Source: a virus. Taken from it: 64,000 bases of DNA. The stretch lies in IMG/VR virus record IMGVR_UViG_3300042542_005279, positions 17,617 to 81,616 of that record; one strand, 5' to 3'. The first letter of the stretch is position 1. Each line of letters starts with the position of its first letter. The notes under the pieces were generated by a model that was not told the origin of the DNA, did no database searches, and worked only from the letters and a program-made list of their open reading frames with translations. The position numbers were made by a program, and so were the translations under genes. This document shows, piece after piece, positions 9,154 to 19,800 of the stretch.

Positions 9154-12132
9154 TTATTGACAATTAATTGAGAAATCTACTCCCACGTTTATTTGAAATT
9201 CTGAATTTAAATTTAGTCCATCACAAGTAACTGTAAATATTGTAACTTGATTACCTGATATTTCATACGCTAAACCATAAGCAAATAAATTATCTAATTG
9301 TGTTTCTAAGGCGGTTAACCATTGAGCAGATGTTGGATAACTTAAAGTACCTAAATCAATACCAACTCCCTCAAAAAACTTATAATTTATAATTGTTGAC
9401 CCTGCCAAACTTATATTTACATACCAACCACTACTAATTGTTGTTGTGTCGCAAGTTGGATTACTATTTGTATAGTTTGAAATTACTGAGTTTAATATAG
9501 AACCAAAGTTATTACCAATACTTGGGTTAGAAGTCCAAGGATAAATGTCGCAAATTGTTTGAGCCTGAGGACAGTCATATGTTAATATAGGCCCAACCAA
9601 AGTACATGGGTTGCAAGGAACAGGAACAATCTGACAACCTCTTTGTCTTCTCCAAACAAATTTTTGTCTATGAAATGCCGAATTTTCAAATCTTGTTCCG
9701 GCGTTCCAAAGTGTTGTTGCAGGAACCATTTGTTCCACCAGTCTCACCCAATAATCACCAATACCTTTTACATAGTTAATCATTTTTTGATAAGTGAATA
9801 AACTATCAGGTATTTCTTCAAAATCAATTGATTTCAGATATTTCCAATAAACAGATTCTAGTGTTGGATATCCCCCTGTTTTACCATTTGTAATATATTG
9901 TCTATCACGGACATTAATCATGTTTTGCCAAAATGTTTGAGCAAATTCAAAAAATGTTTTATCGATTGGATTTGGGTCAATTAATGTTCTATCTAAAATT
10001 GTTGGGTTCAGATATGTTGGGCAGTAACAATTACCACTTATTGTGTATCCTGTTGATGGAATTGGGTAATTATAATTTAATGAAAGATACCATACATCAT
10101 ATGTTAAGGCTTGACCAGGATTTAAAAACACATCAACATTTTTAGCGTTTAGTGTCAGTTTTTCATTGTCAACAAAATAAAATGAGTTGTTTCCGTCTGT
10201 ATTTCTTCTTAAACCAATTTCTTCATCAGTCCAACTTTTCTTGTTATCTTTGGTTCTTGTTAGTGAAAACCCTAAATCAGTATATGGGAAATCTCTAAAC
10301 CTATCAAAGTATTTTTGTCCGTATGTGAAATCTTGTAATTTAGTTTGGAAATTAGGGTTTTGACCCGTAAAAGTACTAGATGTCGCATCAAATACTTCGT
10401 TGGCTCTATGTTGTGGTGTTTGTTCAAACCAACCCGCACCTTGTTGGAAAAAGAAACTTTCAGTATCGTCAGGGGCTTTTGGGTAACCATTATCATCAAC
10501 AGGGAACTCTTCTCTTGATAATTCAACATCCAAGATTGTGGTTTGAATTGTAAATCCTGTAAAGGTTCTACCTAAAATTCTAAATGTATTTTCAGGTTCC
10601 AAAACAGGTAAATCAATCGCGTATGTTCCACCAGAAATCTGAGCATATTGTTGATTAAATTGGTTCATATTAATCCTTTGGTCCGCTAAGTAGATATATT
10701 CGTTGAAATCTACAAGAGCATCAGGTGCACCAATTAATCTTAATAAGTTTTGAATTGATGCTCTTGTTCCTTTGGATTTGAATAGGTATGCCGAATTTAG
10801 AATTAAATTTCTATAAAATTGATAGTTTAACTCATCGGGTGTAGGAGCAACTGGTTGTCCGCTGAATTGACTTGGTGTATTATTACCAAATACGGATTCT
10901 AATAACCCCTCATTTGATATTGGAGATATGTTTGCGGTCCAACCTAATGTTTGGGCTAAATTTTTTAGTAATTGAGATGGTATGTCATTTTTAACATTGT
11001 AATTGACCGAGTTCATGAAGGCAAGAGCCTCAATAAACTTCTTAACTTGGTCAAAACTTCTACCGTAAAGTTCTAAAACTTTAAGTATTTTTTGGTCATT
11101 AGTGTCAAAATCTTTAAACGCGCCTGTTGTTAAAAATCTTACAATCAAATTAGTTTTGAATTGGTCAAAATTTTCGGCAATCGCATTTAAGTTCTGTAAG
11201 TAAGTCGTAAATGATGGTGTTACAATATCTATGTTCCAAGGTCCATATAATGGCCAAGTCACAGAATCCGTAGTCACAAAAGTGGTACCATCATTCGCTT
11301 CTTTAACAACGGTAAAGTATGCGGTATATAGTGGAAAATTTTTTCTATTTAATATAAACTTTTCAACCTCATCAAAATCCTGAACAAAAACCATTTCTGT
11401 GGTCATGGGGTTTAATCTGATATTTAAATCATCATAAGTTAAAGATTGACCTGAAAATGGATTTCCCTTGACAGTTAATGTAATTGTTCCACCTGTTATA
11501 CTTTGACTTGGTGTAATGAAAGTACAATCATAAGGAGTACCACTTAAATAAAGGCTATATTTATCTATATTTTTTACCATATCCCTCATTGGTGATATTT
11601 CAATCTCATAAAGGGATATATTTCGTGTTGAATTTACACTAAAATCAATATTGAAAGGATTTACAATTTTTGTAACGTCTATAGTAAAAGTTGTATTATC
11701 CGTTGATTCATTGTAAGTTATATTAGTAGCGGTTGTTCCTGTTGTATAATTTCTTCTGAAATAAACATCAAAAGATGCGGGAAAGAAATTGATAATTTTT
11801 GTAACCGATACTGACATTCTTTTTACCAAAGAACCGTACTGTGAAAACAAAGATACCTTACTTAAATCATAATTAGGATATACTTGAAAGTTCTTCTCAA
11901 TAATCGCTTTGGATTCCTCAACGGATGTCATACCCATTGAGTCCAAAGTTATCGGTTCAGAAAAAGTTCCAACTACAAATTCTCTGTTAGATTTTTCAGT
12001 TATTGATACCGTAAAATCAAAATTACCTTGGGTAAGACCTCCCCCATCTACAATCTGAAAGCCTACCAGATTGTCAGAAAACGTATTATCTGCAGTTGCC
12101 TGTTGTGGGGGACAAGTATATTTTTTAGCCAT
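9154..12132 (-). CDS. Baseplate wedge protein (T4 gp7 / P2 gpI-like core)
   Basis: IPSQLLKNLAQTLGW...YLFKSKGTRASIQNLLRLIG matches the 'KGTxxS(I/L)' signature of gpI/gp7-type wedge proteins; downstream of gp25/gp6 genes. Confidence 0.7.
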   Translation of the reverse strand: MAKKYTCPPQQATADNTFSDNLVGFQIVDGGGLTQGNFDFTVSITEKSNREFVVGTFSEPITLDSMGMTSVEESKAIIEKNFQVYPNYDLSKVSLFSQYGSLVKRMSVSVTKIINFFPASFDVYFRRNYTTGTTATNITYNESTDNTTFTIDVTKIVNPFNIDFSVNSTRNISLYEIEISPMRDMVKNIDKYSLYLSGTPYDCTFITPSQSITGGTITLTVKGNPFSGQSLTYDDLNIRLNPMTTEMVFVQDFDEVEKFILNRKNFPLYTAYFTVVKEANDGTTFVTTDSVTWPLYGPWNIDIVTPSFTTYLQNLNAIAENFDQFKTNLIVRFLTTGAFKDFDTNDQKILKVLELYGRSFDQVKKFIEALAFMNSVNYNVKNDIPSQLLKNLAQTLGWTANISPISNEGLLESVFGNNTPSQFSGQPVAPTPDELNYQFYRNLILNSAYLFKSKGTRASIQNLLRLIGAPDALVDFNEYIYLADQRINMNQFNQQYAQISGGTYAIDLPVLEPENTFRILGRTFTGFTIQTTILDVELSREEFPVDDNGYPKAPDDTESFFFQQGAGWFEQTPQHRANEVFDATSSTFTGQNPNFQTKLQDFTYGQKYFDRFRDFPYTDLGFSLTRTKDNKKSWTDEEIGLRRNTDGNNSFYFVDNEKLTLNAKNVDVFLNPGQALTYDVWYLSLNYNYPIPSTGYTISGNCYCPTYLNPTILDRTLIDPNPIDKTFFEFAQTFWQNMINVRDRQYITNGKTGGYPTLESVYWKYLKSIDFEEIPDSLFTYQKMINYVKGIGDYWVRLVEQMVPATTLWNAGTRFENSAFHRQKFVWRRQRGCQIVPVPCNPCTLVGPILTYDCPQAQTICDIYPWTSNPSIGNNFGSILNSVISNYTNSNPTCDTTTISSGWYVNISLAGSTIINYKFFEGVGIDLGTLSYPTSAQWLTALETQLDNLFAYGLAYEISGNQVTIFTVTCDGLNLNSEFQINVGVDFSINCQ

Positions 12133-13040
12133 TATTCGGTAATATTTGTGAAGTTTTTACTATAATCTATATTGTCACCTCTGTCTTGTCTAACCTCATA
12201 CAATAAACTATTAAATTCATCTCTGATTTCATATAAGTTGTATTGTCTAAATATGTTATTATCTCCGTCATACAATGTGTAAATACCATCATCCATAGAT
12301 TTGGTTTGATTACCCAACAATGCAATTGCCAATGTTGATGTGTCGTTTTCAACAATTTCAACCTCAATGGTTATGGGATTGAAGAATGTATTTGTAATAA
12401 TAACATTTTGATTAGGTTGTCCGATAAAAGGAGTTGCGTTTGGTTTATTTGTTGGCGATGATGATGGTGATAAAGTACAGAAAATTAAATTTGTTGCTCC
12501 ATCAACATATCTATATCTAATTGATTTTTGAGAACTATTTGTTTGGTTTTCTAAAACTGGCTCACAGAAAAAAGAAGATGTTATAATTCTGAAAAAATTA
12601 GGTATTTTTGTTCCATCGTCGTTTAGATATTCAACTCTGAAACCTACCAATCCTTGACTTACAAATTTATTTCTGAATTGAGCGGGAACCGCCTCGATAT
12701 TAAAGATAAGACCTTTTACATTTGGTAATGCAGATAACACACCGCAATCTGTGATTGTCGTTCTAATTTGAGCGGGTCTAATGTATATGTTATAAATTCC
12801 AAGTGCGTTGAATTGGTCAGAAGGTAACCTTAGATTGTACAATCCGCCCAATATTTCAACATCGGCATTTCCTCCCGTATTTTCATTATTAAAATAAGGT
12901 GTTAGTACTTCTTGTGAATTAAGTGTTGTTAATAGAAAATTATCCGTAACATCTCTACTTTCAGTGTAGTTAAGGATTATTTCAACATCTTCGGGTGATA
13001 CATCTGCTGGTCTTATGGTTCCGTATGTTCCTGTAGCCAT
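12132..13040 (-). CDS. Hypothetical structural protein (baseplate region)
   Basis: 302-aa ORF, stop overlaps the next start, upstream TATTTAT motif. Confidence 0.55.
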   Translation of the reverse strand: MATGTYGTIRPADVSPEDVEIILNYTESRDVTDNFLLTTLNSQEVLTPYFNNENTGGNADVEILGGLYNLRLPSDQFNALGIYNIYIRPAQIRTTITDCGVLSALPNVKGLIFNIEAVPAQFRNKFVSQGLVGFRVEYLNDDGTKIPNFFRIITSSFFCEPVLENQTNSSQKSIRYRYVDGATNLIFCTLSPSSSPTNKPNATPFIGQPNQNVIITNTFFNPITIEVEIVENDTSTLAIALLGNQTKSMDDGIYTLYDGDNNIFRQYNLYEIRDEFNSLLYEVRQDRGDNIDYSKNFTNITE

Positions 13041-13062
13041 TTCAATTTTTAATTATAAATAG

Positions 13063-14259
13063 TTATGTTTGATTTTTTTCAACATTAAAATATTTGTATC
13101 CATATGAAACCAAACCTCCAATTGTGGATACTTCGCCTAATCTTCTAACTTTTTCAAAAGGTGATATTTTACCTCGTTCAATATATACATTTGAGAATAT
13201 CTGAGGTTCATCAACAACATTTAATAATGTCTCGTCTTTTGTAATTGCCGTCATTATAAGATTGTCTGATGTAAGTCCTGATGAAGCTACAATATATACC
13301 GTAGTCCCATCGACATAATCATAATAATCAATACCATTGACGTTATAACCAACGGATAAACCGTCCTCTGACTCTCCGTTGTAAATACCAACGGTTCCAC
13401 TTGCTCCTGTGACACTTTGGTTTAGTTTAAATGATTTGCCATTTACAGTTGAATTACCCTTGTATTGTGAGATATCATTTAGGGTTGATTTGGTATATCC
13501 TGTAATTATAAATGGAATAGATGTGAAATCATTTACAAAATAGTCATTTAAATTTGGATTTGAGTCACCTGAAAAGATATAATCATATGAAATTGGAATA
13601 CCTGACCAATTTCCACCTTGAGCAATAAAATAGGCAGTTCCATTAGGATTTGGTATTGTTGTTCCTGTGAATGGTACATATATCGTTTTTTCAATAATTG
13701 AAAGTCCAAAAGATGTTGAACCTGTCATACTTATTTTGTAACTACTTGGTGTAGATGCATATACGTGTTGGGTGTAATTAGGTGCAAAATTTGTAATTGT
13801 TTGAATGCCGGAATTATCACCCCAATCTACTTTGAAGGTAGAACCCTTTAGAAACTTTTTATATTGTTGGTCAGAAGTGTTATAAAGATATAATGTTGTT
13901 GCATTTCCTCCCGTAATACCAGAAAAGACAAAGTTTGTTATAACATCTTTTTGTAAAACCGCCCCATCAAAAACTGAATAATAACCGATATCAACCGTGT
14001 TTTGTGTAAATAAAACAGGTATTGTGAGTCCCGTCATTAAAGAAGTTCCACTTGTACCACCTGTTACAACTTGAGACATTTTTAAATACACTTTTGTTTC
14101 ACCTGTTGTGAAATAAAAATTTTCTGTGTAAGAAGTAAAATCACAACACGCCTCATCCAAGGTATATGTAACACCTGTTGATGCGGTAAATATTACATCT
14201 CTAAGGTCACTTTTAATAACCTCTGGCGATATTGTAATGAAATACTTTTGTTGTTCCAT
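13063..14259 (-). CDS. Hypothetical structural protein with PKD-like motif
   Basis: 398-aa ORF; FKVDWGDNSG...YTQHVY...YKISMT resembles the PKD 'WGDG...HxY' signature. Confidence 0.5.
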   Translation of the reverse strand: MEQQKYFITISPEVIKSDLRDVIFTASTGVTYTLDEACCDFTSYTENFYFTTGETKVYLKMSQVVTGGTSGTSLMTGLTIPVLFTQNTVDIGYYSVFDGAVLQKDVITNFVFSGITGGNATTLYLYNTSDQQYKKFLKGSTFKVDWGDNSGIQTITNFAPNYTQHVYASTPSSYKISMTGSTSFGLSIIEKTIYVPFTGTTIPNPNGTAYFIAQGGNWSGIPISYDYIFSGDSNPNLNDYFVNDFTSIPFIITGYTKSTLNDISQYKGNSTVNGKSFKLNQSVTGASGTVGIYNGESEDGLSVGYNVNGIDYYDYVDGTTVYIVASSGLTSDNLIMTAITKDETLLNVVDEPQIFSNVYIERGKISPFEKVRRLGEVSTIGGLVSYGYKYFNVEKNQT

Positions 14260-14260
14260 A

Positions 14261-15079
14261 TTATGGGTTTCTATATTCGTACCAATTTATGGGGTTTTGA
14301 GTATTTCCTACTCTTGTTGGTTGATTTACTATATCAAATATTTGATAAGTATAATCACTATAGTCCATCACAACTTTATAGTAAAAATATTTTTCCTCAT
14401 TAAATGTGAATTTACTATTTGCTAATTGTGGCGAACCTTGTGACCTCGTCATCATTTTAATAAACTGACCTGTGTTTGCATTAAAGAATTTTGCGGTCAT
14501 ATAAAAAGTGTCAAGATTATAAAACTCTTTTGATTTTAACCAATAAAAAAAGTAACCTTCTTTTTGATTTACATAATCTAATGTGTAAGTAGGGATACTA
14601 ATATTCACATCAGGTAAGTATTGTGATATTGAGAACTTAGCATCAGAACTTTGATTTGCTGGTAATATGATTGAAAAATAATTTCTTTGTGTTTTAGTTT
14701 GTGGTGTATCGTAAAAATCTAATTTGAAAAATGATTTCAAAAATGGTTTTGTTGTGTAATAAATTTCCTCTAATGTAAATCCCAAAGGTTGGTACGATAA
14801 CCCCCAATCATTTTGAGAAGCTGTAGAAAAATTATCTGTAAGTCCTGTATAAAATGAAAAGTTGTATTTGACCAATGTTTCAAAACTATTAAAATACTGT
14901 TTGTTTTGAAATCTTGCTAATTCAAAATCTTTCGGTATTCCAATTGCCTTTTCAACAACATCTTCTTGGAATGCATCCAAACTATCGTCTTGTCCATAAA
15001 AATCCCATTTGATTTCAATTGGTATATCAATTTGTTTGTCCAAGTTGGACCTCAATATTTTATATTTACTCACAGCCAT
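14261..15079 (-). CDS. Hypothetical structural protein
   Basis: 272-aa aromatic-rich ORF in the baseplate operon. Confidence 0.5.
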   Translation of the reverse strand: MAVSKYKILRSNLDKQIDIPIEIKWDFYGQDDSLDAFQEDVVEKAIGIPKDFELARFQNKQYFNSFETLVKYNFSFYTGLTDNFSTASQNDWGLSYQPLGFTLEEIYYTTKPFLKSFFKLDFYDTPQTKTQRNYFSIILPANQSSDAKFSISQYLPDVNISIPTYTLDYVNQKEGYFFYWLKSKEFYNLDTFYMTAKFFNANTGQFIKMMTRSQGSPQLANSKFTFNEEKYFYYKVVMDYSDYTYQIFDIVNQPTRVGNTQNPINWYEYRNP

Positions 15080-16850
15080 CTATTACAGGGAATTCAACAT
15101 CGGTTATTGTAGAAATAGAAGTAGAACCTTCTGGTATTAATCTGAAAATTGTTGTCTTAAATGGATAATGAGTACCATTTAAAAAAGGAAAATCCACACC
15201 TCTACCATCAGAATCTATGTACCCATATGGATATATATCTTTCCAAAGAAAAGATTGTGCGTTATTATCATAAACCGCCCAATCAGGTATTTCACTCACT
15301 TTGTCAGGTTCACCTTCCTCAATGTATGTTGAAAAAACTTTGATTGTAATTGGGTGATGAACTTTATAATAGTAACCCAAAGGGTTTTGTTCCTCGGATT
15401 CTCCTGTTATATTAATATCAAATACACTTTCATTATATGTTATTTTGTGGTGAATATTTGAAACTACCCTTTCTGAATATTCAGAGTCATTCCACTCACA
15501 AAAATCGCCATCAATAACATCACCTTTTGATAAAGGAACATTGTAGTAAAAAGTTCTTGGGGATTGTCCCGGTAAAGTCCTTGTGTAAGATGCGGTTTGT
15601 ATATTTACATATGAATTTGAGTTAATTTGATTTGGTACATTTGTCCACCATTGGTCAGGTTTTTCTTGATATACCGGTAAGTTGAACTCCCACCCTTGTT
15701 TCAAAGCCTTTTGACCATAAGTTGGTTTAGATGTCCAACCCAAATATCCAATCCATTGATATGTAAAAAATAATTCACTCAATGGTCTTTTTTGATTATC
15801 TACTAAATTCTCTATTGAGACGTTATCTGCAAAAGTTAAATTATAACTTTGACTGCCTTCTTTTATGGAGACTCTTGAGATATAATTAGGTGTTGTTGCC
15901 GAAGGTTCGTATTGTTTAATTACTTTGAATGGGTTAAGTTCAAATCCCGCATTTGTTAATACCGCATCTGAATTGTTTGTCAAAATTTTGTTTCTTCTGA
16001 CATAATATTCAGACCTTGTAACATCCAAATTATTTTCATCTATAACTCGTTTAAATGTCCCTGTAACACCTTCAGAAAATGTTGTACCTGTATAGCCAAC
16101 ATCAGGGATACTAAATACAAAATCTTCTGAACCATATAAACCATCACCTAAGTTTGTAACTTGGAATATATTTTGACTGCCGTAACTAAACGACAACTCA
16201 GCAAATTCGTTTACATTTAAACCATGTTTACACAAACATCTAAATGAGATAAGGCTTTGTCCATTATACACACTTCTATATATTATAAAGGGGATACCAT
16301 TTGCAGAGTTCCAATTTAATCTAACGCCAGTTTTCGGCTCAACTCCCGTCATAGTTCTTTGTACATTATCATACGCATAACTCAAAAAGAAATTCCAATT
16401 ATAACTTGCTGCACTTGTACTAATAAAATTTATATGTCCATTTGTGTTTGGTTGTGTATAACCATCAGTATCGTTATCAGTTCTTGATAAATCAAATTCA
16501 TTATAAAGTGGATATCCTGACCAATAAACGTTTGTAACACCTGAACACGATTGCCTGCTCGCATCCAACGCATTTACGTAATATAGATTTTCATAAAATG
16601 GTCTATAATTGGTTTCACCAACATATGTGTTTTTGAAAAGAAATGTTATTTTGGTGGAAGGTCTAAAAAGAACTGACTTTTCTCTCTCGTTGTTATAAAC
16701 GTCAACTAAATTTATTATCTGACTTCTATCATATTCGGTGATATTTTTTGAGGTTTGAACCAAAGGAACATCTAAGGAATAACTCAACGTAGGTGCCGAT
16801 TTATACCTCAACTCACTCGATAATATCTTATAACTAGTTTCTTTTCCCAT
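15066..16850 (-). CDS. Hypothetical structural protein
   Basis: 594-aa ORF tightly packed in the baseplate operon. Confidence 0.5.
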   Translation of the reverse strand: MGKETSYKILSSELRYKSAPTLSYSLDVPLVQTSKNITEYDRSQIINLVDVYNNEREKSVLFRPSTKITFLFKNTYVGETNYRPFYENLYYVNALDASRQSCSGVTNVYWSGYPLYNEFDLSRTDNDTDGYTQPNTNGHINFISTSAASYNWNFFLSYAYDNVQRTMTGVEPKTGVRLNWNSANGIPFIIYRSVYNGQSLISFRCLCKHGLNVNEFAELSFSYGSQNIFQVTNLGDGLYGSEDFVFSIPDVGYTGTTFSEGVTGTFKRVIDENNLDVTRSEYYVRRNKILTNNSDAVLTNAGFELNPFKVIKQYEPSATTPNYISRVSIKEGSQSYNLTFADNVSIENLVDNQKRPLSELFFTYQWIGYLGWTSKPTYGQKALKQGWEFNLPVYQEKPDQWWTNVPNQINSNSYVNIQTASYTRTLPGQSPRTFYYNVPLSKGDVIDGDFCEWNDSEYSERVVSNIHHKITYNESVFDINITGESEEQNPLGYYYKVHHPITIKVFSTYIEEGEPDKVSEIPDWAVYDNNAQSFLWKDIYPYGYIDSDGRGVDFPFLNGTHYPFKTTIFRLIPEGSTSISTITDVEFPVIDGCE

Positions 16851-16854
16851 GTTA

Positions 16855-19800
16855 TTACTCTAATCCTTCAGTGTCAATCCATTTAGCGGCAAACCTATCA
16901 AATGCGGATGCTCCATTGGTTAGTCCAAAATAAAAATAAAACGGAGCACCAAATAAAAATGGTCCGCCCCCTATGTATGGTTCTGGGTCATAATCCAATT
17001 GTTCTGTATATTGATTATATACATTCTCAACGTTATAAATCCAACCTTTTTGATATTTTATTATATTTGTTGTATTTGGTTTATACATTCTACTAATATT
17101 GTATGGTAAAAGTCTATCAATTTTTTGATACCTATATGAAAAGGAATCCCACTTCCAATCATTACCTTGATTTCCAAAAATGTTAGACCTACTTGTATTA
17201 TCATTAATAGACCATAAATAAAATGGAACTTCCTGAGTTGTTATTGGTATGTCTTGAGAAGCACATACATCACCGATTTGAGCGTCTTCATTATAAATTG
17301 TTCTATTTGGTGAAATATAATCTCTCGCCTGTTCATTACCATTATAAAAAATTCCAAAAACGACATCTTTAGGACTTCCAAAATTTGTTCTGAGATAAAG
17401 TGAAGAACTTAAATTTGAATTAGGTGGTGGTTCAGGATAATTTTCAGGGTCGTAGGCATCAACCCCAAATTGAGAATTTGTTGCTATTAATTGTGCGAAG
17501 TCACCATCAACAAACCTTTTTTTCCTTGTATCAAAAAATTTTAAAACACTAGACCCTCTCGATTTGAATAAACTTGTAAATGATGTGTTAGCCAATCTTG
17601 AAAGTACGAATATATTGAGTAATTCTGAAGTATCACCAAAAGTTGTTGGGGATAAAAGATTCATTATATATCCGTCCCAATTTCCACTTTGTGATAAATA
17701 CTTTTGTAGTTCATCTCGTGGTCCCAAATCCATAATAGTTGTCGGATACATGTGATTTTTAGTGTTACCAACAAATTGGTTTAATACTTTATTTCCTTCT
17801 CTCCCAACAAAAAAACCACCACCACTCGACTCCTTAAAAGGTGCTGACCGATAGTAGAAATTAAAGGTTTCTGGATGTAAAAATGTTATATCATTACAAA
17901 ATTTATTATAGGGTTGATTGGGAGGATTGTCATTAGGTCCCGTGAAGAATCTTGTAGTTTTGAATGGAATTGCGAATAAAGTACCATTTATCCAATTATT
18001 AACAAAGAGATGTGAAAAAACTTCTCTACATGCTCCGAAATTAATATTAATCCTTGATGCCCATTCATTTATTAATTCTCTGTCATTTTTAACATTATCC
18101 TTTTGATTGTAGGGTCGTCTAACTAATTCATAGCAAGAACCTTGAACGAAGAATTGCGTGTTAAAAGTATCTCCGTCCCTGTCAGTGACGGAAACATATG
18201 TACAATTTGAGATTGGCGCTATTTGGACACTTTCCCCGTTTGATGTTGGTTGATAACAATTCAAAGGCACTAATGATTGACAACTGAAAGAACTTAATAT
18301 ATCAGATATCACATTTGGCGTTTCTCCAACTTCGGGTTGTTCAGGTTCATTAACTTGAAATGATAGTTGGGCTGGTTGAGTTTCTCCACTAGTAACAATT
18401 CCCTCAATAGGTACTTCGTATATTTTGAAATTACCATTTGACATACCTCCGTACGAATTAGGTCCTACCCCTTGATATATGTCTGATGTTGGTAATCTAT
18501 CGCTTCTCATCACAATTCTTTCAGCATTTGTCATAGTAAATGTTGAAGCCGCGGGGTCATACCTTCTTGAGTAATATATTGGCTGTAATCTAAGGAATCT
18601 ATATATGTTTCTAGCAAAAGAAGGTAACCCGTCATCTAAATTACCCCCATTTAAACACATAAACGGTATTCCCTCTACAGGTTCCCCAGGTTGATATGAC
18701 CACTTGAATCTTATTTCGTCCCCGCTTGTATTAGTTGCCGTTGGAATTCCTAATTGTGCGTCAATACCATCATAATTATTTCTTGTATAAAAATTATTAA
18801 TACCTATTCTTAAACCTCTTCCTGAATTAGTAGCATTAAATGTGTAAAAAGACGAAAGTTGCCTTAGGTAGGATGGTTGTTGGTCTGATTGGAACACAGT
18901 TGGTGGATATCCCGCCACCATGTTAACCCCGTAATCATCCTCTGATGTCTTTATATAATTGAAGACCGATGTAGTGTTAAATGGTTCCCAATTTTGTTGA
19001 CTTGGTTTGAAGTGGTAGGATTTAAAAAACAGTCTTCCTTTTGTATAATTACCATCTATTTGATTTGCTTCGTTGTTTGTACCAACAAAATTATGTCTAG
19101 TACATCTGTGTGCAAAATCAACCGCCGTAGTTTGAGAATTATCTGATGGTGCAAGTCCGAAATCCAAACCATCGTTTGGTTGTAAAGGAATATTCATTTT
19201 AAAATTTCCTTCAACGGAGTAAGACCAATGATTTTGTTTTCCAAACAACCTTCCTAAACCTATTTTCATAGGTTGTGCGGTTGAGTGTGGGTCAACACCT
19301 CTCATTAAAATTGTAACATATAAAGCACCTTTATCTGCATAAATATTATATGGACTATCAACGTTTGTCCAATCCCAAGTAAATCCATCCCCAAAACCAT
19401 CCGTTGTTGAAAAATATCTACCTGATAAAATTTGAATCCCTTGGACAAACAATCTTGTATAAGGTGTGAAACTGTTCATTTTATCTCTGGCATCGTAAGT
19501 TCCTCCCCAAAATTGGTCTATAAAGGCCTGACCTTTCATAGAATCTATCACTTGAAAATATTCAATCCCTGTTGGGAATCTTAGGAACTGATTTTGAGTT
19601 GTATCTCCGCTTATGTTATATTTAGTTCTTAATCTTTTACCTGTTAAAGGATGAGTATGACTGACATATATTTGAGATATACCGTTATTTATTGATGTCC
19701 CTGTTGTTGAATACGTACCAAATTGATTTAATACGTCACCTGATAAATTTAAATCACGATAATCAAATGGATTGTCAAAAGTCATCAAAGTGCCCTTCTG

